64,000 nucleotides of DNA, from assembly GCF_036365525.1 (NCBI RefSeq), contig NC_090382.1, positions 67,111,099 to 67,175,098 of the forward strand, written 5' to 3'. Under the pieces are notes generated by a model, which saw nothing but the letters and a program-made list of their open reading frames with translations, had not been told where the DNA came from and ran no database searches. Below are positions 14,569 through 29,775 of this stretch, one piece after another (the first letter of the stretch is position 1; each line of letters starts with the position of its first letter). The position numbers were made by a program, and so were the translations under genes. The DNA comes from Heterodontus francisci (Eukaryota).

Positions 14569-15045
14569 TATTGTGATGAAGTGTCACTCCAACACATGAA
14601 GTGCCACTAATTTATTTACTATATAATATGTATGTAATCGATTTATGCCTTTATTAGAGAATGCAGCCATTTTGGTTATCAACTGCTGTTATTTATATGT
14701 ACTACAATAACATAGTTGCATTATATTTCGCATTGTGTTTATGTTTCAACATTTGTTGAGCCTGAATGTTTATCAAAATTGGCTTAATTATCAAATAATA
14801 AATACCTATTGCAAAATTAGCATGTTAGGTGATTGATGTGGGAGACTTTCAATAGCTATGGTAGAGAAATGGGAATGATTAAAAATGCTAGTTGTAATGG
14901 AACGGGGACAATATCCTGTCCCATCACTTTACCCATATTATGGGTGCTCAATGTCTCACTTTGTCGAGGGCAGACATCAGCTGCTTTCTGCGATACTTGA
15001 GCAGTTGGAGGCAGACCGGGAGGTAGAGAGCTTGTAAAGGAACTA

Positions 15046-15974
<929 letters not shown>

Positions 15975-18900
15975 TAAAACTGTAATAAAAAAAACACTTC
16001 CTGTAAAACTGTAACTGTTTAACTACGAGGGAGCACCACCCACCAAACCTCCACAACTGACAGTTCGACTTGTCACCCATCGCTGGATGTTCGTCCACTT
16101 ATCAACCGTGTAAACCGTAAGCAGCTGCTAAGTAATAACATTATGAACTGTGTTTCCTACTTGATAAAAAAAACTGAGTGTTTATTTCCCTAATTAACCA
16201 AGACTTTTGTACACGTTCAAGCTATTAAAAGTGTTTGCAATCGTCAGATAATATGCTGAATTATAATGAAATAAGTCCTTTTCATGTGAGCTAACATTTG
16301 ACTTAGCACAAAATGAGAGATATTTTAGAAGAACACGTAAATAANNNNNNNNNNNNNNNNNNNNNNNNNNNNNNNNNNNNNNNNNNNNNNNNNNNNNNNN
16401 NNNNNNNNNNNNNNNNNNNNNNNNNNNNNNNNNNNNNNNNNNNNNNNNNNNNNNNNNNNNNNNNNNNNNNNNNNNNNNNNNNNNNNNTGCAGAAGTCTGT
16501 AGAGTTAAAAGGTACATAGGTTTATTCATGCAAGGTAAAACTATTAAGAAGTGCTCTCTTTTATACAATATGCATTGCATCTGGACCTTAAACATATAAA
16601 ACTGGTCAGTGGAACTTCTGTGAACATGAAGCAAATTATTAAAAAAGGCATTTAAATGAACTGCAAAGTTGTTTGATTTTTACAGACAAGTGTTAACCTA
16701 TGATTAACAATGCAAGTAGCACATTTTAAGTTAGGTTATGATAATTTTGCTCTTAACTGTGAATGTGAGTTACTGGTATTTAATGTATTTAGATTAGTTG
16801 TCAAATTATATGCATTCTATCAGATGGTACATAATTAACAATTGATAGGGAACTTTTAATGTGAGTGCATTCATGTAGCAAGCTATTGCCTGAATTACTG
16901 TTACCTGTAACAAGAGGAAATTGCATTTACTTACTTTGTAGGGGGAAGGGGTCGAATTAATGTTAAGTGGAAATCTGAGTGAGTGACATGTCAATGACAA
17001 CATTTTATGGGGGCCAACTCTTCCAGATTACGTTTCCTGTTTGGTTAATCCCATATTTTAGAACATTCTAAAGGCACAGATTATTCTGCACTTTATAATA
17101 TCACAGTATTAACACTATATACATAATTTGGTTTGTTTTATTTTTGTCATACAACCTATAAAAATGTTTTACATGTCTTACTGGTTGCTAGTGACTGTTG
17201 CATTCATGTGGATTATCTGTTGCTGGCAAGTTGGAAGTATTACACACATTCTAGATCCCTAATCACTGTAAAGGTCTTGTTTTGTTCTTTCTGGGTTTTT
17301 CCCAGCTTTCTTTCTGTAGATCTTCAGTCAGTTGTGACCTTGTCATTTGGGATTATGTAGAGATAAAATTCTTTGTTATATAGTTTAGACTATTTGGCTT
17401 TCGTGTGGTTTGTTTATAGCATTCTACAACCATTGTGGTAAAAATTTTCAGAACTATGCTTTTCCGTCGTGAGTAAAGCAAGGGCTGCTTTGTTCTAAAC
17501 ATGTATAAACAATAATTCCTGGCTCAAGTCATTTGAATCAGAGCCACACTTTGCATAAGAAATGTTTTAAATCATTGAACATTTGTACAGTAAAATGTGT
17601 ACATGAGATATTAAATATTACTGTTAAGCACATTCATATTTCATTGTTTAGTGGAAGAGGTTAGCCATTTTTAGCAGGCATTTCTTGATAGTTGTGAACC
17701 TAGATATTTCTGATCTGCCATTTGAGGGTTTCCAAGATTCAACGCAAATGACAATGTAACATTAAGGAATCTTTATTGTAACATTTGATGCATTTTTTTG
17801 TATTTTATTTTCTAATGCTGAGTTTAACAGACATTGCCAGTACTTGCCCTACCAGTTGCCTTTTACTACTTGCAAAAACAATTCGGTGCTACTGTAATCT
17901 GAGAGTTGTTATATTCATGTAGCACAACATTTCAGCAGCGGTGTTATAACTAGTGTGAAACTGGGCAATAAACATCACTAACCCTATTAATGTTCAATTG
18001 TAATTATACAGATCAATATATTAGAAGTAAGTATTGAATATCAAATATATTTACACAGTTTCCTGTATTAAAAAAAAAATTTGTTTATATTACATCTAAT
18101 ATATAGAATAGGCAATTGCTTGAGAACACAGATTTTAATCAGGCTTCCAAATTTGCTAATGGATTCCATCCCCACCCCAACAACCCCCATTCTTGCCATT
18201 CTTGTTTGGTGTTAACAAGTCATGCAGAGTCTGAGTCTTATTTATCTAATACTACTGCCAAGCTGGGATAAAGTAATCCAGCTCACACCATAACAGATTT
18301 TACACAAGTGGAGACTTAATTTGAAAACAAAATTGCAGCAGACAAGATCGGTAAATGCAATCAAATGTAATTTTACTTGATTTTAACCAGGAATGCAAAA
18401 GAGGTTAACCAGAAGCATAAACTATACATTTCATACAGATTCAATTGTAGATGACTTATTTCATGAAAGTACATATTTGAATGATTTACAGACCATGTAA
18501 CAATTGTGGCAGCCCTTGTTTTAAGTAGTGACCTGAAACCTGCCCCACCTCCACTCATATATTGTACGTGATTTTGAATTTGTGTGCTTGCCAGTTTGCT
18601 TCAAGTGCCAGCAGCTTTGCAGTGCAGCAGTTCGAAGATGCATTTGCTTTAATCAGACCAGTGATTCTGGCTTGAATGGTTATTTACTGAAAGCCACTCT
18701 GCCTTGTCTGAAGCCCACTGTATTCTCAATGATAAACTTCAAATGTGGCTATTTTCATACAAGCAGTGACAATGAATATGACTCAAAAATATTCCACAAA
18801 AATGACTTTTCTCTGATTTAAATCTGCAGAATTTTAAGAGTAGGACTATCTGTTTGAAAATACAACCTTATAATTTGCAGTACATTTGACTTGCAGCCAA

Positions 18901-21900
18901 GCAGCTAGAGTTGGCCTGAATTGTGCATAAAAGTTGAGAGTAGAAGCTTGCTGCATAAATAGCATCATTTTGCAAGGTGCCACAGATTTAAAAGGTGTCG
19001 TGATGCAAATTTAGTAGAAGAGTGATGTGCAATAACTGGGATTTTTAAATATTCAGACTTTTTGTTTCTTCCCCCATTTTCCTTTGCAAGTCTGACTGAT
19101 GTACACTAGTGAAAGTTCTTAAATTTGAATTGGTAAATTCCAATCTTTACCAACTTCTTTGAAGCAAGGCACTTTTATTATCAAAGAAAAATGCTTGTGC
19201 ATAAAAAATGCATTTTTGGCAAGGAGTCAAATTTGGAATTGATTTACTGTTTACAGTATGTGAGTAGGAACCAATTAAAAGAAAACCAAAAATAGTATGC
19301 TAGAAAGTTTCTTTGCTTTAAGTTTAAATTCTCAGTTTGTAAAACATGCTAAGTGTCAAAATGTGATACCATTATCTTTGCAGTATGTTTCAAAACTTTC
19401 ACCTAAAATATTTGACTGATTTACTGCCATTTAATATCAATTAAGCATGGTGCTGATTTAATTTTTAATTGTCAGAAATGAAGTTAATTTTAGAAGTTTT
19501 AGAAATATTTTTTGTTGTATTTTCACAATCCTAATAAATTCCTTTTGAGAATCTTTGGTGGTAGACTATTTTGTTGGAATATACTTTTAAGATGAAAATG
19601 GCTTGCAGATAACTTTTTTGAGATTATCCAAATACAGTAGAGGAATACCACAACATTGACATTTGCTGGCCATATACACTTGCAAGCTTCCCAATGCATA
19701 ATAACTTAATGGAATTTATATAGAGTTTGGTAGCATTGAGGAAATTCCCAGATTAACATTTTACAGGGCATTAAGAATAAAACTTGTAGTTTTTCTTGCT
19801 GATGTAGAAATATTGTTAGATCCTTGAGATTAATTGAATACTGACTTAACTCTAGGATAGTAGGACCCAACACTTTACACACTTTGGAATATTATTGATG
19901 GACTGTAAAGGAATGTTTGAATTTATGTCTTATTGTAGCAGATGGATATATCAGTTGATTTCAACAATTATTGGCAATAATATCAATACAATTACTGAAA
20001 GATGGCATTTACTGTATTGCGTCTCACTTCCCCAATCAAAAATGCAAGTTCACAGAGGCAATAGCTTATTGCCCATGCAACATGGCAATGGCTTTATGTA
20101 GAGCCCTGAAACAGCCTACACTTAGTATTCTCATACTGAATATTTTTATAGCGTCTTGAGTTATTTCAAGCCTAATTTTCACAATGTCCCCTGTGCCTCT
20201 GTACTTGAGACTACTGGTAGCTAGAATATCTTACTTGTCTGAATATAACTGGTATTAAACTTTATCCATATGTATCTGAATTTCAGAGGAACCTGTCAAT
20301 GGCAGTCAAATCTTGTTTTCCATTAGTTTCAAAAAGGGTTTGCTTTTGATACTACAGATCTAGCTGTAGTAATTAACTGATGACAAATTAGCATTAAGAC
20401 TTTGGCACAAAGTAAATTTGTCCAAAGTTAAAAGATGTTACTTTTAATCTAAGGGGTGTTAATCCTTTGACACTTAAACAAGCAACTGCAATCGGCACAA
20501 TTTGTTTCATAGTTATGTAAACTTGAGGTTAAGAATGCATCATAATGAACATACCTTTTTGTGCTCTTGCAATGCTCATTCTGCAAGTAAAGACTTGTGT
20601 CAGAGGAAGAAGAATTAGAAATGGCAACAGGTTTTCCTGTTCTTAGCAATTTATAACACATTTAAATTTACATTTTATTACCTTGCTCTTGAAATATTGG
20701 ACAATGAGTTATCTAAATTCATTTAAAGAGTGACAGATGGTAATAGTGTGCAGTTTAGAATTGAAGTGTCACATATTTGTTTGCTCCACTATTGATGAAT
20801 AGGAAAAAGTCCAGTTTACAGTAATCCCAAACCAGTTGTGAATCTATGATTTAATTTATGGTAATGTAGTCTGAACAACCTGATGCATTCTACTTGAGGC
20901 AAAAGAGACAAATTTGTACAAAGCAAGATTTAATATATGCCATGTCTGAAAAATAATGTAGTGCATTTAGTGTCATTTAATTCTGAAATTCTATTCATGT
21001 ACTTTAGATCAGTAACGAACCTATTGTAGTGAAAATTAAATAGAGTAAATGCGTGAATGATCCATTTAAAACAATATATTCTAGAACTCTTTTATGTTGC
21101 GCACAATTTTCTGACCAAGAGATAAGAGATCCATTCCCCAACCTTAATTTTTCTCCTAACCTGCAGGGAAGTTCCTTTTGCTTCAAGTCCAAGATTGCCC
21201 CAATCCACCAAGATGATGGAAAGGGTAGTGTTCTGGTCTGTCTGTCCTGCATATGTGTATTGTATCTGTATTGTATGGGCTCCCATTTGAAAACCAAAAC
21301 AAAATTAGCTGCACTTTTTAATATTGGAATGTTTGCCTGATAAAGCATCTGTAATAGTATATGGTTATCGGTTGTTTGATTCAATTTTTATTTTTTTTCT
21401 TGTATTGTGTCTAGCAGACGACAGGTAAGCAGCTACCTGCTAAGTTTCTGTTGGTGCCTATTCATATTTTTCACTAACATTCACTCTATTGGCCTTGGGT
21501 TTTTGACCCCCCTCTTCTCCTACTCCCCAAGAAGTTCTTGATTTTTGCTAATAAAGCAACTCAGAAAGGAAGTGAGACTTGATAACTAACCAACATATCT
21601 GATGATCAGGAAAATTCTTTACTGTGATCGAATAAGTTAGCCTCTGTTATTATGCAATGCTGGCATTTTTACCAATGTTTTGGGGATCACATTCAGCAGT
21701 TCCAACCATTTCTATTAAGAGCCACTAAGTAATGCCCGAATTATTACATGGGATATTAGGGCTTTCACTATTGTTTGACCGTTTATATATTAGAATTTAT
21801 AGTTTTTGCAGACAAAAAATCCTTTTGTATGCTATAGTCAAATTGGGAATCCCCATGTCCTGGTCTGCTGTGTTGCTTTATAATTTGATTACTTCCTTCG

Positions 21901-22700
21901 TGGTTTTATTTAAGTAAGTATATCTCGCTGTGCCTTTTAGTAAGTATTTATCACTGTCGCAGTGCAAGATCCTGAACCTAAACCAGAGGTATCTTTACTA
22001 TGTTCTGGTTATTAGTTAGACTTGCTACATAAGCTCAATACTGGTGGCTTGTGATAAGTAAACTTAATCTCAAACAACATTTAATATCATTCCCTTGCAT
22101 TAAATGAACAACTTGTATTTGTTTTTATTAATATATAGGGAATTATATTTGGAATTGAACAGTTTCGGGGATACATTTTTATAAGTGCTGGATATTCTCA
22201 ATTTCGTATACCCAGCGTAAACATTAAGAATTCTCAGGTGAGATGCAGCATAGACACCTGCAGAGCAAAGCCCCCTTTACTGAAACTCAGAAGTGCACCC
22301 CTACAACATCAGTATTAATTTTTCAACTTCTAACACTAATCATCTTTGAGTTGTGAGATTGCTAATGAGTGCCTGTATTGAGTTGTGGCCTTGGGTCCAT
22401 AAAAACATGACTGATCCACCCAAACTCAGTATTCTTTGAATCAAGAGAACAAAAATACTTTTATCAGCTGGGGCTGCTTTAAAACTAATACCCCAACGAG
22501 GCATGGGCAGTGTTTGTAACCCTTTGCCCTCTTGACCCCAAATTTTAATTTAAAATAATTAACATATCTTAAGTAGGTGTCAAAGTAGTTTTGGATAGTT
22601 ATTCCAATAATAGCAAAATTTGCCTAAACTAAAAGTGTTAGGTTGTTTTTTGGAATGCAGCAGTTGGTAATTAATTATGTAGGAACATTTGTTAATTGAG
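15975..22700 (+). other. Putative long PURA 3' UTR (TE-free, AT-rich, several AATAAA)
   Basis: No recognisable TE for ~6.7 kb after the stop; AATAAA at 15984, 17967, 19533 and others; true 3' end cannot be determined from sequence. Confidence 0.5.
16345..16487. other. Assembly gap (143 N)
   Basis: Run of n characters. Confidence 0.99.
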
Positions 22701-22829
22701 TCAGGAGGAAAAACCCTAAAATAACTTGATACCAGGCTGCATTTTCAATGTCTTGCTATAGTCTTAACTGCTTTTATAGTTATTTTGTTTGTTTGCATAT
22801 GTAAAGTCTCCTTTATGTGGGAGGAGAAT

Positions 22830-23125
22830 GAACTTGTATTTATATATGATCTTTCATGCACTCCATATATCGCAAAGGGCTTCATAACCAATGAATTTCT
22901 TCTGAAGTATGTAGGCAAACATGGCATCCATTTTGTGCACAGCAAGACCTCAATAGCAACAATAAAGCGAATGACCATTTAATCTTGAAGCACTGTTGTT
23001 TGAAGGATAGATGTTGGCCAGGATGCTGAGAGGAATTCTGTTTCCCTATTTTTGACTAGTGCCATGGTATCCTTTTTTTTTCACCCCCAACTGAGAGGGT
23101 AAGCAGGACCTCAGTTTAATGTTTT
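22830..23125 (-). mobile_element. DeuSINE fragment
   Basis: caaagggcttcataaccaatgaa...ttttgtgcacagcaagacc...tagtgccatgg similar to 6745-7152. Confidence 0.65.
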
Positions 23126-24587
23126 GGGCAAAGACAAGCAGGAGAGAATAGCCACTATGCAGCAACAGCTAATCAGGGTTTCCCAACTGGTTCTCTATCA
23201 GATGCATGTCTTCTCTATCAAATTGGAGGTGTAAGATAAGATATGGAATGGATTTTTACAAAAATTGGGCTTTACAAGGTGCTGTTAGACATTTCTGGTG
23301 GGAAAGCTTCAGTGTAAAGTGGAATTTAATTTTTTTGTATCCCTGGTTATTGCTTTAGATAAGATGAGAAAGAAGGGATCCAACCTGAGAAGATCTGTAT
23401 CGTAGTAAATTAACAAGGATTCAAAAGCATATGGAGCTGTTAAGGTTGACTACAAAGGATTTTTTTCTGGCTTTTGCCTAATATCAATTTAACTTCAATT
23501 CAAATACCCTGAAAAAAATTAATATTTGAATTCGCTGATTTTTCAAAAATTGCCTCTCTGCTTCGAAAGATGGAATTGTGTACTGGAGCCCAATAAGTGC
23601 AGTGCAAGTTTAACAATTAACCCCAAATTCATTAAATTTGCTTCTGGAAAATGCATAGGATGTCATCCTGTCATTTCTAAAGGTGAAAACCTATTGTCAC
23701 TAACCTACTGAGAAAATTAGGCTTAACGGACTAGATTTATTTACAAATGAAATGTGTTAAAGCTATAAGTGATAAGATACAAATGCAGTAACATTTATAC
23801 ATAGAACTGGAATTGGTCCACAAGTGGCTAAATATACCCTTTTACAAAAAAGCTGTTATTAGTCTCTTCTCGGCAAGTTCTTGGAAACATATTTTCTGAT
23901 GGTAAGTTACGTGAAATGATTCTTCATAGAGCTCCTATTGCCTTAAAGTGCATTACCAGGAAGGAGAATAGAGAGCTGAAGATCATAAGGGGCCCTTCAT
24001 TATAAGAGTGGCCTTTCCTTTGAAAATCAAACAATTTCTCCTCAAAGACCAGAGTGTTCAGTTTTTATTCCTTGGAAAACAACATGATAATGGCTGTAAA
24101 TTGCTGGCATCAGTTGTCTAGTCCCTGAGACAGGGCTTCACACTAGACCATGACCAGAAATTGCAATTTTGTCTGTTGAGCTGTGTACATTAACATTTCA
24201 AACAAGTCAAAGTGCACACAAAAATAACTAGCTTAATTATTCCAAATGCAAGACACTGCCCAATTACTAGGATGATGGTGTTATTCCATTTGGAAACTTG
24301 AAGAAATACAGTCCTTTTCTTTTTAAAAAAAAAAACTAGTTATTTTTGTCAAATTTTTTCCATCACATGTATTTGGTTTTTAGTACATAAGTGTAATAGT
24401 TCAAAACATTGGATAACGTTGGAACACAATTTTGTTAGAAATAAGGAATTTCTAATACCATTATTTAGAAATGCAAAGTATTGCATGGTATTTACAGCAC
24501 AGAAACAGGCCATTCAGCCCAACAGAGCCATGCTAGTATTTATACTCCACAGGAACTTCCTCCATCTAACCCCATCAACGTGTCCTC

Positions 24588-26850
24588 ATGAAAGAGTTGT
24601 CTAAAACAGGCTGGGAAGATAGACTAAGGGGAAGGTTAGTGGATGAGCAGTGGCAGACATTTAAGCAGATATTTCATAACGTTCAGCAAAAATTTATCCC
24701 GGTCAAAAAGAAGGACTCGATGAGAAAGCTGCACCACCCTTGGTTAACAAAGGCAGTCAAGGAGAGTATCCAATCAAAAACTAAGGCATACAAAGTGACA
24801 AAAACTAGTGGTAGGCCAGAGGATTGGGAATTTTTTTTTTAGGACTAAAAAGCTAATAGAGAGAAAATTGATGATCGTAAATTGGCAAGAAATATAAAAA
24901 CAAACAGCAAGAGCTTCTACAAGTATATAAAAAGAGAGCAGCTAAAGTGAGCGTGGGACCCTTGGAGGATGCGACTGGAGAATTGATAACCAGGAACAGG
25001 GAAATAGATAATTTAAACCAATATTTTGCATCGGTCTTCACGATGGAGGGCAGTATAACCATCCCACAGATATCAGGTAAGCATGGAGCTAATGGGAGGA
25101 AAGATCTTGTAACAGTCTCTATCACAAGGGACAAAGTATTTGACAAACTGATGGGACTAAAGGCAGACAGGTCGCCAGGACCTGATGGCCTACATCCAAG
25201 GGTTTTAAAGGAAGTGGCTGCAGAGATAGCAGAGGCATTGGTCGAAATATTCCAGAACTCACTGGATTCTGGGAGGGTCCCAGCGGATTGGAAAACTGCT
25301 AATGTAACGCCCCTGTTCAAGAAGGGAGGGAGACAAAAAGCAGGAAGCTATAAGCCAGTCAGCCTAGCATTGGTCATTGGAAAAATGCTAGAGTCCATTA
25401 TTAAGGAAGAAATAGCAGGACATTTAGAAAAGCATAACGCAATCAAACAGTCAACATAGTTTTGTGAAAGGGAAATCATGTTTGACAAATTTGCTCGAGT
25501 TCTTTGAGGATATAACAAGCAGAGTTGATACAGGGGAACCAGTAGATGTCGTGTATTTGGATTTCCAGAAGGCATTCAATAAGATGCCACATAAAAGATT
25601 ATTGCACAAGAAAGGAGCTCACGGTATTGGGGGTAATGTATTAGCATGGATTGAGGATTGGTTAACTCACAGAAGACAGAGTCGGGCCTAATGGGTCTTT
25701 TTCAGGTTGGAAAGACGTAACTAGTGGAGTGCCACAAGGATCAGTCCTAGGGCCTCAATTATTTACTCTCTATATTAATGACTTGGAGGAGGGGGCAGAG
25801 TGTAATATATCCAAATTTGCTGACAATACAAAAATAGGTAGGAGGGCATGTGATGAAGACATAAGGAATCTTCAAGGGGCTATAGATAGGTTGAGTGAGT
25901 GGGCAAAAACTTGGCAGATGCAATTTAATGTAGGAAAGTGTGAGGTCATGCACTTTGGTAGGAAGATGCAGACGGCAGACTATTTAAATGGAGAGACTCC
26001 AAAAAAGTGCAGCACTGGGATCTGGGTGTTCTTGTGCATGAAACACAAAAAGTTAGCATGCAGGTGCAGCAAGTAATTAAGAAGGCAAATGGAATTTTGG
26101 CCTTTATTGCTAGGGGGTTGGAATTTAAAAATAGGGAAGTCTTGTTACAACTGTAGGGTGTTGGTGAGGCCACACCTGGAGTACTGTGTACAGGTTTGGT
26201 CCCTGTGTTTAAGAAAGGATATACTGGCATTGGAGGCAGTTCAAAAGAGATTCACTAGGCTGATTCCTGGGATGAAGGAACAAAAACAAGAAATGCTGGA
26301 ATCACTGAGCAGGTCTGGTGAGTGATTCCAGCATTTCTTGTTTTTGTTTCAGATTTCCAGCATCCGCAGTATTTTACTTTTATCCTGGGATGAAGGATTT
26401 GACTTATCAAGAATGGCTAAACAGGTTAGGCCTTTATTCATTAGAGTTTAGAAGAATGAGGGGTGACCTTATTGAAACGTACAAGATTCTGAGGGGGCTT
26501 GACAGGATAAATGTTGTGAAGATGCTTCCACTAGTGGGGGAATTTCAAACTAGGGGACATAGTTACAGGGTAAGGGGACACTCATTTAAAACTGAGATGC
26601 AAAGGAATTTCTTCTGAGGGTAGTGAATGTCTGTAATTCTCTAACCCAGAGAGTTGTGGAGGCTAGATCACTGAAAGTATTTAAAGAGGAGGTAGATAGA
26701 GTTTTGAATATCGGGGAGTTGAGGGCGATGAGGAGCTGGCACGAAAGAGGAGTTGAGGTGTGGAGCAGATCAGCCATGATCTTATTGAATGGCGGGGCAG
26801 GCTTGAGGGGCCGAATGGCCTACTCTTATTTCTTATTTCCTTTATGTTCA
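24588..26850 (+). mobile_element. CR1 LINE ORF2 (frameshifted) plus 3' UTR
   Basis: SPGPDGLHPRVLKE, NVTPLFKKGG, YLDFQKAF, PQGSVLGP, KFADNTK, GDLIETYKILRG. Confidence 0.93.
26280..26382 (+). mobile_element. Miniature inverted Penelope-like insertion with 15-bp TSD
   Basis: Inverted repeat acaaaaacaagaaatgctggaatcact / agtgattccagcatttcttgtttttgt plus tail; same sequence family as 59068-59150; TSD tcctgggatgaagga at 26265-26279 and 26383-26397. Confidence 0.85.
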
Positions 26851-27970
26851 TTCTTTCTCCCTCATGTGTTTATCCAGCTTCCCCTTAAATGCATCTATGT
26901 TAGTCACCTCAAGTACTCCTTTGTGGTAGTGAGTTACACATTATAAACACTTGCTGGATAAAGACATTTCTTTTGAATTCCCTATCGGATTTATTAGTGA
27001 CTATCTTATATTTATGACCCCTAGTTCCGGCCTCCCCCACTAGTGGAAACATCTCTATGTCTATCAAACACTTAATAATCTTGAAGACCTCTATCAGGTC
27101 GCCCCTCAGTCTTTTTTCTAGAGAATCATTCAATCTTTCCTGATGGGTATAACCTCTCAGTTCTGGTATCATTCTAGTAATTTTTTTTTTTGCTCCTCCT
27201 GTGCCTCTATATCCTTTTTATAATATGGAGAGCAGAACTGTTTACTCTAAGTGTGGTCTAACCAAGGTTCTATGTGAATTTAGTATCACTTCTTCACTTT
27301 TCAATTCTATCCCTCCAGAAATGAACCCCGGTGCTTTTTCTAAATGACCTTGTTAACCTGCATCACTGCTTTTACTGATTTGTGTATCTATGCCCCCAGA
27401 TCCCTCTGCTTCTCTAAACAATATAGTTTCTTATTTTTGAAGGAGTATGTGGTCTCCTTATTCTTCCTACCAAAATCCAAAACCTCACACCATTTATATT
27501 GAAGTTCATTTGCTAATTACATGCCCATTCTGCAAGTTTATAAATGTTTACCTGTATTTTGTAACCACCTGCCTCTCTATTAACTACACCCTCTCCCCAC
27601 TCCCACCCCACCCAAATTTCGGGGTCATCTGTAAATTTTGAAATTGTACTTTCGATTCCTGAGTCCAAAACCTTTATGTAAATGGTTAATAATAGTGGTC
27701 CCAGCACCACTTCCCATCTTTTTCCATCTGAGTAACTACTGTTAATCCGCTATTCTCTGTTTTCTGCTTTGTAGCTAGCTTGCTATCCATTCTGGTACTT
27801 GTCCCTAGACACCACATGTTCTGACCTTAGTCATGAGTCTACTTTATGAAGTAACAAGGAATTGAAATGATTATTGTTTTTGTACACATTTAAACATTTG
27901 TATACAGTGATTTATCACACAGATTTTAGTAAAATATATTGGTGGCAGAAAAATGTTTTCTACTAGGTCT

Positions 27971-28890
27971 TGTTACGACTGGGTGAGAAAGGTGTCTTGG
28001 GGTCCTTTTTAGTCTTCACCTGGTGGTCTTGTAACAGGATTTAATTTTTAAACACTGTGTTTTGACCTCCCCCTTGGTGAATCCTTGTTCACCACTTTCC
28101 AATTATAAGGCAAAGAATTGAGCATAAACAGGCTTTCTTAGGTTTAAAGAAGAAAAGTGAAATTTATTAAGCCTTAAACTTGAACTCTAATTCGGTTAAC
28201 GTCTACGGATACATGCTGCGCCCCACACTAGCATGCATATACGATACGCACATGCAAATAGAGACAGAAAAGAGAAGGAAGAAAATAAAGTAGAGAGGTT
28301 TGAGGCAATATCAGAAGAGTTATTTGTTTACTGTGCTTCGATCTCGGTAGTCCTATTGGTAAGTAGTCTTGCTTTTCATTGGGGCCCAATATTCTTCTTA
28401 AACCTTGTTCACTGTAGGAGACTTTTCTCTCTTGGGGTTCATGTGTCTTCAATGGGTCTTCAGTTCCGTGAGAAAGAGATGAGAGCAGACAGGAGACAGA
28501 TGTTCTCTGTCCGGGAGCAAAGAACTTTGAGTTCAAATGCCTTGTGGCAAGTTCAAATTCAAAAAAACTCCAACAGTCATGTGACTAAACTGGTCTGACC
28601 ACATCTGTTTGTGTATTCGGCCATCTTAGCAGTTAATCTGAAATGCTAGCCTCTCCCCCTCCAACGTCTGGTAATCAAAAGTTCATTGTGGATTAAATTG
28701 GAGCAGGGAATGGCCCCTTTGTCCGTCACAAGTACTGTCTGTTACTATGCAAAAACGGTCTTTCTGGCGAGGGGCCTGGCAATTCTTTGTGTTAGGCCCT
28801 CTTTTCTTTCCAGCAGCAATTTTAAGTTTTAATGTTCATGTGGCGAAATAATGTGTGCCTCATTCTTGGCAGTTGGGGGCCTGCATGACA
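27971..28890 (-). mobile_element. Solo LTR (920 bp), Gypsy/ERV-type
   Basis: TGTTA...TGACA termini; perfect 4-bp TSD gtct on both sides; AATAAA on minus at 28163-28168. Confidence 0.85.
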
Positions 28891-29415
28891 GTCTTTTTAA
28901 AATGGAGGGAGAAAACCTCTGAGTGCAAATCTAAATTTTACCCTTCTGAACATATTGTGCCTGAAGGGAGCTATAAAATACCAGAGTGAAATCATGTTGA
29001 TGTTGGGAGCAGTTTCAGGTGATGAGTTAACTTTTGGCTCATGTGATTTTTTTTTTGTTTAAATCTATAGTGTGTTGGTTGTAGCATGTTAAATAAGCCT
29101 AGTGATAAAGGTGCTACAATCTAGTACATTTTTCTGCTGAGGAAGGAGTTGTTGTCAAGGAAACTGCTGTGCATGAATTCTATTTCTTCAGTCTCAATTC
29201 TCTGTTCGCTATTTTTCTCTCCTAACTTTAGGAGTGTAGTGGTGGAGGAAGATAGAGAAAGAAGGAAAGAACCCAATATGGCCATGATGTATGTCAGTAG
29301 TTATCTAGGCAGTACAATCCAGCAGAGTGGACTCCCTTAGCTCCCAGTGGTGTGCGACAGCAAAAAAAAAACCCTTAATCATTTCAGCTCCTTGTTACTA
29401 TTTACTAGTTTACTC

Positions 29416-29775
29416 CATAAAGTAGACTCGTGACTAAGGTCAGGACATGTGGAGTCGAGGGACAAGTAGCAGAGTGGATAGCAAGCTGGCTACAAAACAG
29501 AAAACGGGGGGTTAACAGTAGTTAGTCAGATGCAAAAAGGTGGGAAGTGGTGCTGGGACCACTATTATTAACCATTTACGGAAAAGATTTGGACTCGGGG
29601 AAACGGAAGTTCAATTTCAAAATTTACAGATGACCCTGGATTTTGGGAGGAGAGGGTGTAGTCAGTACAGAGGCAGTTGATTACAAAATACAGAAAAACA
29701 TTAATAAACTTGAACGGGCATGTAATTGGCAAATGAACTTCAATACGCAAAAGAAGTTTGTGCACTTTTTGGAAG
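29416..29775 (+). mobile_element. CR1 fragment, inverted relative to 27490-27848
   Basis: cataaagtagactcgtgactaaggtcagg matches the reverse complement of 27820-27848; VLGPLLL and KFTDD remnants. Confidence 0.75.

Larger units (their letters stand above)
24478..27848 (-). mobile_element. Older minus-strand CR1 split by the younger plus-strand CR1 (pieces 24478-24587 and ~26850-27848)
   Basis: 3' tail at 24478-24587 continues at ~26850; minus peptides RLRGDLIEVFKIIK and LGPLLLTIYI...SKFTDD. Confidence 0.75.

Noticed and set aside
16194-16634. ORFs spanning the N run
   Set aside because: Artefacts of the assembly gap
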